NCBI RefSeq assembly: GCF_002571385.2
Contig: NW_019217982.1
Coordinates: 150,491 to 214,490, forward strand
DNA length: 64,000 bases
Direction of reading: 5' to 3'
Source: Stylophora pistillata
Lineage: Eukaryota
The position numbers and the translations under genes are program-made. The notes below the pieces were generated by a model. That model did not search any database and was not told where the DNA came from. It saw nothing but the letters and a program-made list of their open reading frames with translations. Shown piece by piece: positions 1 through 12,100 of the stretch; within the stretch, counting starts at the first letter, position 1, and each line of letters begins with the position of its first letter.

Positions 1-61
1 GCAAATAGTAGATGTTGAATTAACCAATCTGAGCGCGCGCTTTGCTTTAGTTATGTTATAA
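1..61. mobile_element. End of a MITE-like dispersed repeat (same family as 22234-22696)
   Basis: gcaaatagtagatgttgaattaacc...ctttagttatgttataa closely matches 22636-22696. Confidence 0.6.
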
Positions 62-154
62 ACCCTCCTTTCCCATCTTGAGTGCAATCGGAAATTAGAA
101 AACGAAAATAAAAAATGTAACTTTCGCGAAAGAGGCAGATAAAAAAGTTCCAAC

Positions 155-3100
155 CTTCATGTTTTTTATGACATCTTTGACTTCATCCACCATGTTAGGC
201 TCCTTGGTGAGAACGAAAATAAATCCACCCCCTCCTGCTCCGGACATTGCTTGCCCTGAAGGGAAGAAAACCCATTTATGCATCTAAATAAACAGAGTCT
301 AACAGTAGGGATTAATACGGTAAGTATAGAGAACACTTTATAAAGAACATGTTAGACAGGTTTGAAAGTTCAGCGTTTTGAATTAACCCTTGGTAAAACA
401 GCCTGCACTTTCGACCCTCCATTGCTGTACACAAAAAATGGCGTTGGTTTTTCTAGTATACCCTTTCATTGACAACGAAAACGCGCCGCATACTCTGTAA
501 CAGCCAACGTTTTTACCTCACATTTTGATTGACGTGTGCACAATCACTTTAATTCACAAGATTATTATCTACAAGTCCAAATTGTGTGTCAACTTCTAGT
601 TACCTTTTGGCGCAAGAAGAAAGAGAATTATAACTCAATAAAGCTTATAAATCGCACTCAAACTTTAACATACCAAAACTCAAGGGTTCAACAGCTTCTA
701 GTAAGTCCTTGATTGCCTTTGGCTCAGAACCTACACAAAAATCAATGCAACTAAGTCATTAAAACACAGAATAAGTGAGTACAAGTATGCCGGCAAGTTT
801 GAATGTTTGGCCGCGCAACGATATAACATTGATCTGGGATTTTCCCTGCAACGTAATTGTTCAGAAACATGAAGAAGCTATAAAAAGGCGAAGAATACTG
901 CATCCTCATACACAAACCCACACTGTGAATGTACCTTCTCAATAACGTCATAACCATGCAGCTTAGCAGCACAAAAACAAACACGTACATAGACTGGTTT
1001 GTGGGAAACTTTTTAAAACCTATCCAGCCATTACTCGGACTCACCAGGTGCCATAAGAGCTTTTTGATGTCGGTAACACGTCCAACAAGCGCCAAACTTC
1101 TCGATATTCCCTGCCAGGAAATTAAAGAGAAAAAAGAACTGAACGTGCATGATTAGGTTATAGCAAATGATCTACAATCATTCATCACAGCTCTAATACT
1201 TGAAACTATTCTTTGGACTTTGGAGACGCCGAGGCCTGATATCTGGCAAAATTGACTCTGGAACTGTGTTAAGGGAATGAAAGATATCTACCTTCCCTCA
1301 ACGCTTTTGCAGCCTCCTCCGCTTTGTTAATCAAGTTCCTGGCGTTGTTAGTGATCTGTGAAAACCTTGCGTACCAGTTCCTGACGACATTCTGTCAAAG
1401 AAAAAAATTATATGAAAAAAAAAAAAAAAACAAAGGGGGGAGATCCTGAATATTAGAGTGCTCCACTTTGCTCTCTGATTGGCTTAGAGAACTCGCGCCA
1501 CTCACTCAAACAAATACATTGAGGAAAAAAAAACAGTCGCGACAAGCCAATTTGCGTTTTCCCGCGCTTTAGGTAGGTAGCTTGTTTTTACTGTGAATTC
1601 TCATTGGCTCCTTGTGATATTTCTCTTTCCTCTGATGGGCTCCTTGTGATTTCTACCTTTTCTCTGATTGGCTCCTTGTAATATTAACCTTTCCTCTGAT
1701 TGACCCCGTGGTAATTACTTTGTACTGATTTTATGAAACTTAATTGAAATTCGCTGGGATCCAGTCGTTAGCTTGATTCTCTTCTTTCTCACAGTTTTAA
1801 CAAACAGTTGCCCCCTCCTTACCTGTAGCAAGTTCTTAGCGAGCCGCGTCCTCCCTGAGTAAAAACACACCAATCTTTTCGTGATTTCATTCACTGTCTT
1901 CTCACTAAGCTCCACTTTCTCCGTTTCTACCTTCAAAGGCAAAGAAGCCTGAGACCGAGCGATTTTGAAACCAGGCACCAGCCCTCCCACGTTATCCTGC
2001 CAGCCACCGCCCGTAGTTAACATCTGTTCCACGATCATCACAGTGTGAATCAGTGAATCCATGCTGGCTGTGCGGTCGGTTACCCGTAAAAGCGCTGCCA
2101 GTATAACTCCCGCCAAAATACTACTTGTGCCCAGGCCACTCCCTTGGGGAGCGGTCGACCAGGTGTGAAGCTCAAAGCCGGCTTGATACTTTCTGTTCAA
2201 CTGTTCGCATAATTTTTCGCTCGAGGGAAGAGTTACGATATCGAGTAAACAAAAACAAGCTTTCAAGAGCGCACCTAGAGACAAAAACAAAAAACAAAGA
2301 AACAAAACAAACGAATGCAGTAAGAAAAAATTTTTGACCTGACTAAAACCGGCACATGAATTATTCAGGAAACAGCTTCAAGGGTGAAATACCAGTAAAT
2401 CCCAGATCCCGAACTTTTTACAATGAAACGGTCCATTCTCTGAATCGAAAACCTACGGTCGATTCGTTCAGCTACAATTTCAGTTTCGATAACTTACAAT
2501 TCAGCGTTTACTAGTCGACTTCAAAGAGAGCCTCCCACAATCCAGTTAAGGTGTAAATCATGGCCTCTCCCAGTTTATTTCAGTGAATCAACTCGTGATA
2601 TTAATTGAAAAAAAAAAAAAAAAACAGGCATAAGAGTTTAGAAAAAGATTAATTTTCTCAGGAGCCCTGAAGTCACATCCAACGCTCCACACTTGAACGT
2701 TTAAACATCGAAATTGGGCTGGTTCAAGCAGTTATCCTAACCAGCTTTACTTTTCTTTTGATGGTGTTCCTGAGACTTCTACTCTTAAAATATTTAGCGC
2801 ATAACCAAACAATTTTTTTTAACCGCTTTTCTCTAAGCAGATAAGCCTTTGCCACATATCGTTTTGTGGGATGGGTGTCGTCCAAACAATGCAGAGTAGC
2901 ATAAGAAGTCTAATTTTGTTTTTGTAAAGCATACAATTTCGCTGTATACTATTGGTAAGATAATGTAAGTAATTTACCGTAACATAATGAAAGTACTTTA
3001 ATGTAATGTAAATGTAGAGTATGGTGTAGGTAGTGTAAGTAATTGAGAGTAAGTCATCTAATGTAATCAAGTTTATTGTAAACTATACTTTTTCAGTGGT

Positions 3101-6100
3101 GTGTTCTCAGTAAATTGCTGTAAGTGACGTATTGTAACTGAGTCCTGTATTGTATTGTAGGTAGAATAATGTTTTGTAAAATGCCAAAAAAAAAAAAAAA
3201 AAAAAAAATTAAAAAAAAAAAAAAACAATAATCATACCTGGGGCATTTGGCTGGGTGTAATTTTCTAAATGCATCAGTTCACTGCAAATCACTCGAACAC
3301 TGTGTTTTCCTGAATGAATCACCAGAACAATTTCAAGCCTGAAAAATTGAAATAGGACAATTGAATTACGAATTTCATTTCCCCCGACAAGCAAAAGCAA
3401 AGATAACGTAAAACATCTAGATTAGGATGCGTGGAGAAAGTATGCATTGAGTAGGGGAAAGATTAATGTCCGATTTGTTACACTGCCTTTTAATTTATGG
3501 CCTTGAGAGCCGTAATGGAGACTAAAAGGACAATGCAAAGAGACACAGGAAGGCAGTCCTCTTGATTAAATAAAATAAACATCAGTTAAACCAGCGTCGG
3601 GGATACGGAGATAGATGAAGTTTGACTCACTTGCTTATCTTCCGTACTTGGGCCTTGGTGACTTTCTACAAAGAAAAAAAAAAACAATTCAAATACTTAA
3701 GAAGCTGGAAAACGTAGATGCTTCATGTTACGCGTGTTAGGTTCGAGTCTTTTCCGAGTCTTTGTGTTGTGTTTTCGAGCAACAAACTACTCTCGCAGAG
3801 TCTCTCTCCACCCGGGAGAACCAACAATCTGTCAAGGAAACCTAAAGCAAACCTAGAGGAGGAGTGAGTGGAGGGGGAGGGGGAGAGAGAGGGGGGGAGA
3901 GGGGGAAAGATTCCTACAATTTACTAATAAATTATGATCCTTCGTGAACAAGCATATGTATAATTGTTTCCAAACTATCAGGTACCCATATGAAACATAT
4001 ACATCCCATTGTGCCTATTATCTCAAATTATCGAATGACAAGTGACGAAAAAAGACAGATACAACGAAAAAAGAAACCCAACCTGTCCATTCAGTTTAAC
4101 AGCAACATTCAGCACTGCTCCTCCCTGTTCGTAGGTAATTGGAGGCGTATCGCTCCATCCTCCAGAGAGGTCTATCCGCGCTGTAAAAGGAATATTTGTT
4201 CATTAAGTTAAGAATTGCCTTTTACAATTGCCGATCGTCTTTTCCTTAGTAATAACAGGCTTGAAATCTTTAAAATCGACGTTTTCTTACAGAGTACCCA
4301 AACGATCCTCGCCCAAAATACTGTGGCCCTTTCCGACCTACAGTTGCTTAAGTTTGAATTAAAGAGTGGCTTAAACGCAGGTTTTTCAAATGGCACTTAC
4401 AGTTACCGCCAAGAGTCGTGGTTCTTTTCAAAACCACCTCTGCATGAGTACAACACGATTATCATTAATAATACCTGGTTCAAACCCTTCACCTTTCATA
4501 TCATGATGCGCAGCAGAATAATCAATATAGCATAATTAAAATCTGCCGCAATGGTGATCAGAATTTTGAGTGGGAAAGCTAGTGTCTTTCCTGGATATGT
4601 TAATGTTGTCAACAGGTTGTTGAGCGTACAGAATGGAGACCAGAAGCGTACAACGAAAAGAAAATACGCTTTAATTCAAGGGGTGTCGCTACAAAGTATC
4701 CTGGAGTACCATAAAATGCGGACGACAGACATCCAGAAAACTTTGTAACAAAAACTTCGCAAACCTGGTGCTTCTGCTATAACCCAGTGTCCCTTCGGTA
4801 CAGAATCGCAGCGTTCCGTCTGGAAAAACTGATGCAAAAACCAAAAACAGAGAAAGAAATATTTAAGATTTAAAAAACAAGTTTTACTCTTGCTTCGAGA
4901 AGGTAATGCACTTTTGAGTAACGCACCTGTCTGGCTGTGAGAACTGCTCTTCTTCTCAGCACTTGTTCAGCTCCTTCGTAATGTCGCGCCGCTCGTATCA
5001 GCAGATGAGGTCTGATCAAGATAACATAGTTTGAGAAGATAATTTACAAAAACCAAGCTTTCGAAACTAGTAATCCTTGCAGCATGCAAGATGAGTACGA
5101 TAGACGAGCCCTGTACCGGCCCTACTTGCCAACGAGCTCTCTGTATCTTAGTGATAGAGCATCAAACGCAAAGTGAAAGGGTTGAAGGTTGGAGCTCTCA
5201 TAGGGTCTACTCGTAATTTTTCTTTAATTTTGGGTTAGTTCTGTATCTTACTTAAGAAATTACGATGTAGGATACCTCTTTCATATCATGAAGTTGTAAA
5301 TTTACCTGTCAAGCCATTTTGATCGTTCTCGGGCAAGAGCTTTTATCCCTGACGAAATTTCTCCTTTCTGAGCGAAAAAAATATACATTTATGACAATGC
5401 TGACATTTTAACCAAAAAATATTAAACTTTTCTTTGACGTCGACTCGATAAGTATGACAAAGAAGGCTGTTTCTAACTTACAAAATGAAAATTAATTGGT
5501 TAAGAGTGCTCGGCAGCATTTTGATCAAAAACCTAAATAGATTACTCAGACTGATTAAGCAAGGAATACAATTCATCAAACATACATCAAGCAATTCAAA
5601 GGCGTGCATCCAAGATTCATTGCGGGCCGGTCCACTCCTCAGCCCAGCCCTCTCTCCTGCCATCGCACCTAACACGTCAGCAATGCAGGCCAAGGTCCGT
5701 GCAGCCACGCCTGGGGAGGTGGCGCTGGACGCAACTGGAGAATGGAAACAAGAAAATCTATGAAATCATTAATCGTTTAGTGGGAAAATTTAAAGACGTC
5801 AACAAGTTTATTCGAAGTATCTTTACTTCCCAATCCGTTTTTTCTTCAGACTTATTGTGTTGACAGAGTCAGTTGGAGGACTAAAGTAGCAAGGAAAACC
5901 CAGAAGTTTGTTGAGTCATCTTCAAGTTTTCTGTATTCACTCCCAAAAAAAATTCAACAACAACAGACCGCTCCAAGCTGGGGCTAAGCGAAAGTTCTGA
6001 TCAGGTGTCAAACAACAGAATCTCATTAGAATTTAAGAACATATATCACAGCGTTTCATTACTGCCAGTATAACGCTGGAGGGAGGATCCCATGTATCTT

Positions 6101-9100
6101 CGGGTGCTCTAAGCTACGCTTGGCCTTCAGGTCAAAATATAGTTACTTTTACCTTCATCCAGAACTTCCAATATCTGCATTGCAAATCCTTCTTTCCCAC
6201 AACTTTTAAAGAATGGCACCAGGCAGTTGCTCTCACAATTCTTCAACGTTTCCTCCACCTCAGTTTTTCCAATTTCAAACCACAATTTTTTTCTCCAAGC
6301 AAACTCTGCACTCATATCGACAGCATTTAAAATGTCCTTTAACGATAACCTCAACGACGAACGCCACCTGATATCAGAACAAATACTTAGATCAGTTTTG
6401 AGGGAAGAAATTATTTTAGAACTCTGTAACCTTCCCGAAGAATGCATCATATTAAAAGAAATTACTAAATATCTAAAACTATTCATCAGAAACTAGAAAG
6501 GCCAGCCGATCCCATATAAAGTAACCCAATATTTCCCTACCTGAAAGAAAATCGCATTGTATTCGCGCCTAACCAGGGATTTGAATAACTTTTTCGATAA
6601 GCATCTGCCGAAAGCGTAATAGCCAGCTGTGCTTTGCGAGGGGCAAACACTAGAGCATGCTCGGAGGCTCAACAAAAGCCGGAAAGCGGCTTTTATTGAA
6701 ACCCCTGGGCTAAAGAAGATATGATATAAGGCCTGTCCACCTCACTCTCCCCTGCCAAAAGGCATGATCTGGTAACCATCTCTTTCATTTTTCAAAACCT
6801 CTAACCACTTGATGTAACCTTCCTCATAGTTCTTAGGATGCTTCGCGAGTTAACAACTCACCTGTTGAGTATTTGCCGATCAGGAACGTCAGACACTCCT
6901 GTACTTGCCAGCCATAACATGTCATCTTTACCAGCATCTTCCAGCAGAACGTCAAATGGGCGAACGACTGGAAACAGCTTAGCATTGTACAGACTTCTCT
7001 GCTCTTCTGGCTGAAGAATTACAAGGAACATATTTACTTTCGTATAAGTTTGCAAAGTACCTTTCCAATTCTAGATCTTCCTACATGGCTATTCACGGAA
7101 TTACGGGGAACATACTCACTCATAAAGCACGGAATATATATTCTGGAAAATTATTTTCATGACTCCTTTCATTCCGACAGGTGAGGGAAAAACCCTTCGC
7201 TCGTAACCTAGCAGTCGAAAGTTTGAGCAATGATTTGGTGACTAAGATACATCAAGTTAACCCTTCCATGATTTTACAGACGTAAACGGTAAAAAGTTGA
7301 AGTAAAAAGTCAGGTAATGTTTAAAGCGATCTCGTACCAGACCGATCCAAACTTCCTCAGGGTTGACTCCTGTTCTCTCAAACAACACTTTCCACGGCTT
7401 GTTGCAATATGTACTGTTAGGCGATGAAGCAGGCATCTGAAAGATCATAATTGATTAAGTCACTTTCACAATAGAGCTTTTAAGAGTAGCACAGACGACA
7501 CGGGAACAGAGGAGGGAAGGGACGGACTCAACAGTAATAACACATTTCTCACCTGAAGCTCATCATGGATACCAAACACCACCAGAACCCTCTGGGATTC
7601 CCCTCTCAAACCGGGCAGAGACACCCTGTAACCCAGAATACACAAATCATCATGGAGAACAGTCCCTGGATAAAGGCTCTGTAAGTGGAGGGAACAAAAC
7701 ATTAAGGCATATCGTTAGTTTTTTTTTTGGACAGTTTGTATGTATTCACTTTTATTCCTAAGTAAAGAGAGAGGGGTAGTAAGAGGATAGCCGCGTCTTC
7801 TCTGTAAACACAGAAAAATTAAGCGGCCAGGTCTCGGACCCAGTCCTTTGGGTCCAAAGTCCAGCGCACTACTCGCTTGGCAACCACACTTCCCACATAA
7901 ATTCGAAAAATTTCATTATTCGAGACAATTTTTCTTTTTTGCACAGTTACCCTACTGAAACACTGACCTTAAAGTCAGACGCAGCAATTCCTGCTAACAC
8001 AGATCCCGATCCAAAGCTTAAATTTCCCTACAAGTGCAAATGGAAAATGTAAGTAGACTGGAACATGTAAGTAGAATGGAACAAAATAGTCTAAAAGCAC
8101 GCCTAGATTACATATCACACACAAAAAAAGCAAAAACATAAAAAACGATTAAAAGTGGTCAGAGCAGAATCGAGAAACAAGTCCACGATTGCATTGGCTT
8201 TGACATTCCTTGCTATCTGATTGGTTCACAAAACATCAAGCAATACCACCAACCAATCAGATGAATAAGTCGTGACGCGTTCACCCACGTTTTCCCGCGC
8301 TTCAGGGAGTTTACTTGTATTTACCATAACTTCTCATAAGCTCCTAGTAAGTTTTCCTTTCCTAGCGAGATTTAGAAATTTGAAAACAATCACGGGCATG
8401 CATGCATGTACCTGCAAGTGGCAGTGAGAAACAACAGACTCCTTTCCAAGGTTGACCCCGCCTTCAATTATAGAATTCACGACGACAGAGGAAAGATCCA
8501 CATTTGGGTTTACTCCTTGGCTGTTCTGTAACCAAGAAAAGAAATGAAAAGAGCAAACGAGGAGAAGCAACTCTACTCAAATGGCAGCTTACTCATTAGT
8601 TTCTAAATAAATAAATGAAACCTCGTAAACTAAGCGTTTCCATTTCCTTGAAAAGCGCTTTTAATAATAACTTTATTTATCCTGGTAAGAAAACCGGTCA
8701 GTCGATCAAAGATATAGATCGACTGGTATTGATCGGTGACCAGTTAAAAAGAATTACAAGCAATAAGAATTACAATTACAAATCTAAAATGTATAAATTA
8801 TATATAAAAATTACATTTAACTTGTACAAATATGATTTACGCTGTCCGTGTTTACGAGGTAAGTGAAAGTTCTGCCTTTAAATTGTGCGAGTGTTGTGAG
8901 CTCGCGAATCTCTCTTGGCAGTTTGTTCCAGGCACTCGCAGCCGAAAACTTAAACGAGGTCTGTCCACATTTGGTTTTAACTTGTGGTAGATCTAATAAT
9001 GTTGGATCTCTAAAGGCTCGACAGTGTCTCTGTGATCGTTTCACTAAGTACCCTGTCAACTGCTTAGGGCAGTTGATGTTGTTAATTATCTTGTAAACAT

Positions 9101-12100
9101 ACTGTAACTTGATGAAAAGGCGTCTACTGTGAAGTGATAATAGTTGTAATTTGGCGCGCATCTCCTGAGTAGTTTTCCTCGAGCTTGTTTTTGAAATAAT
9201 TCTTCAGGGCTTTTCTGTTTATAGCGGTGACTGTTTCGAAGGGATTTATTTTCATTCCAAATCCGAAGACAGTCGTGACTTTCTTGCCCTCTTGTGTATT
9301 TGATCGCGCGTTCTCATGAGTTTAAGAACACTACTGTCAAGCCACGGGTGCGTCTGTCTACGAATACGCTTCTTCTTTAGCGGAAAATGTTGGTCAATCA
9401 AAGATTTCATCAGCGATTCCCAGGCTGAACACATGTCGTCAACGTCGTTGAAAGAGTCAATCAGGCACCATGGAGCTTGCTTCAGGCTAGCTATAAAATC
9501 ATTTACATTTTTGTCTTTCCAGGAGCGCGTTGTTATGATCCGATGTTTGTCCGGGCGAGTCGCTGAGCCATGCATAACACCGTAGACGGGATAATGGTCG
9601 CTGAAAGCTTATACTGATTGCACCTGCTTTTTTAAACAATCTAAGTGTTGAGGTGATTAACACATCAATGAGGGTGCTTGTTGTCGAAGTCACACGCGTT
9701 GGTTCTTTTATCAGTTGTTCAAGCTGATTGACTATGGTAAATTTCAGCAGTCTCTCTGTCTGCCTTGAGGTATTTAAAATGTCACAGTTGAGATCACCGA
9801 TGACAATAACTTCCAAATTGTTTTTAGTCGCATCCCTCATAACATCGTCTAAATAGTTAAAAACCTCGAGGGATTCGTCTGGAGCCTTGTAAACGCATCC
9901 AATTAAATATTTCACTTTATTCAGTTGCATTTCTATCCAAATGGCTTCAAAATCATCCTCTAAATCCCTTCTTACAGTGTGTTTCACATTTTCCAGTACA
10001 TGAATTGCCACTCCACCTCCCCTACGATTTTTCCGGTCATGACGGTGCACAGAATAGTCCGATAATTCAATTTCTGAGTCCGAGATGGAGTCGTCTAACC
10101 ATGTCTCTGAAATTCCGATAAATAGAGGGCAAATATCTTGAAAAGTTAGCCTCAGTTCGTCGATGTGAGCCATAATACTTCTGCAATTGAAGTGGGCCAG
10201 CCATGGTTTGCGTTTTGTAGGTAAGCGGCAGGTGTTATCCGAGGTCCTAGCGTTTGAACTCATGACAGTCGTTTGACAAGAGCTTGTGTTCAGTTTGTTA
10301 GGTGCATCGTATCGTGGTCCGGGATGAGGATGGACGTCACCATGTGCGACGAGTAGCGATATATTAAACTGAGCTGTGTGGAAGGCGCAATACGGTACTC
10401 TCTTTCCGATGAACTTGCGCTGAAAGAAGAAACCAAGATGGCCGCTGTCGGAAACGTGCCACGTGCATGGATTTAATAATCTTCGATCCTGATAATATTC
10501 GATGGCAAATCCGTCTTCATCATCTCGGATGGCTGGATAATGACCTACGCTTTCGTAATTGTTTTGTTGCATCCAAAGTTAAGACGCAAATTAAATAACA
10601 TAGCACAGATGCCCTGCAGTTAAGTGGCGACCGTCCGGGCGCCATGCTCTCTCGCATGACAACTTAAATGAAGACAGAACGAAATTTATCGTTTCCAATA
10701 AATATCAGAGTTACACAAACTGAGATTTCCTTAAATAAATAGACAAAAAGATGCTCCCTTTTCACCTAAGGGAGTGGTGCGAAAGCCAAACAAAGGAGCG
10801 CAAAGTGGTGAATGGTACGGAAAAGAAAGATACGTTCGTTTTTCAGGTTATTGTTTTGCTAGCTTCTTAAAAGTGGTACTCCTGTGGAAGAAACATCAGT
10901 CAAGGCGAACCGCAAAAATTTCTTCCCGCAAAATCACACAAGGTCCCATTCTCAAGTTATACCGTAGATTATCTATTCAATTAAAATTTGTACCTTGTGA
11001 AAACAGACATGGGTGTGCATGCTTAGTTCAAATGGGCCGGGTGCAAAATTCTCTACACTTCCTCGCATCTGTCTCCTGTAACATTCTGCTGATGGCTGCA
11101 TGTAGTCAAACTCACCCTTGTCAATGACAACTTAAATGAAGACAGAACAAACTTTATTGTTTCCAATGAATATCAGAATTACACAAACTGAGATTTCCTT
11201 AAATAAATAGACAAAGAGGTGCTCAAACGTGGAGGTTTGACATGAAGATGAACCTGTTATCCTCAAAAAGAGGCTCTATGGAGTAAGATGATATGGGACT
11301 TACATGGGAGTACCGGTAAGCAAGTTCTGCCCCTGATATATCAATACATTGACAATCAATTCCTTGTTGTCAACACCTGATTTCAAATGTCATGAATAAT
11401 GTAAAAATGAGCGAACAATTGGTGAATTATCAAGTACCTCCTTTCAAGGAGACTCCTCTCAGAATCTTCCACAGCGTAGCTCTTGCACCTCTCATTAGTG
11501 CCAGTTCATCCTTGGAGCTGCACTCTATTCCCATGGGAGTACTATGACCATATGATCCACTTCTCTCGCCACAAATGAAGTCAGACTCGGTAATATCCTC
11601 CGCCAAACTCAGAAGTATGTCGAAGAACAGGGACAACTATCAATACACAAAGGACTATCAAATTATGATATCATCTTTACCAATAATAAAATTTGATCAT
11701 AGGCCACTAATTTCTACAGTACCAGGGATCAGTGTAAAATTTGGTAACAACATAAATGAGTGTTGCTTCTCACCCCTCTACTCATCATTCCAATTCATCT
11801 ATAAGCTCTGACAAAGGGCTAACACTTAAAATGTCAACTTGAGAAAATTTTTAAGACGACCAGTTTACATGTGCACTATCAACTCAGCTGATAACACCAA
11901 ATTATCTTGTGATCTTGTGATTCCCACACACACCACCCCCCCCCCCCAATGCAACACCAGTTTCTTTGGAAATGTACCCCCTGTTTTCATACCTGTATGG
12001 GTTCTGCTCCAGTGTCAAGTCCATAATAAGTACAGGCATCAAGAGGTGCATACACATGGAAACTTAGTATTTTCTCAGCTACTGGGATGTTAATGTAAAC

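Noticed and set aside
3856-3906. G-rich tract as a functional G-quadruplex (also C-runs at ~11935 and ~37925)
   Set aside because: Simple low-complexity runs with no further supporting evidence.
5485-5763. Similar plus-strand ORFs at 5485-5763 and 26371-26580
   Set aside because: Antisense frames of FUK exon 17 and its paralogue; the similarity is explained by the minus-strand exons.
11280-11380. Extra FUK exon after the AG at ~11378
   Set aside because: The in-phase frame stops (TAA) and has no FUK similarity. Exon 9 joins 10994-11130 in phase.
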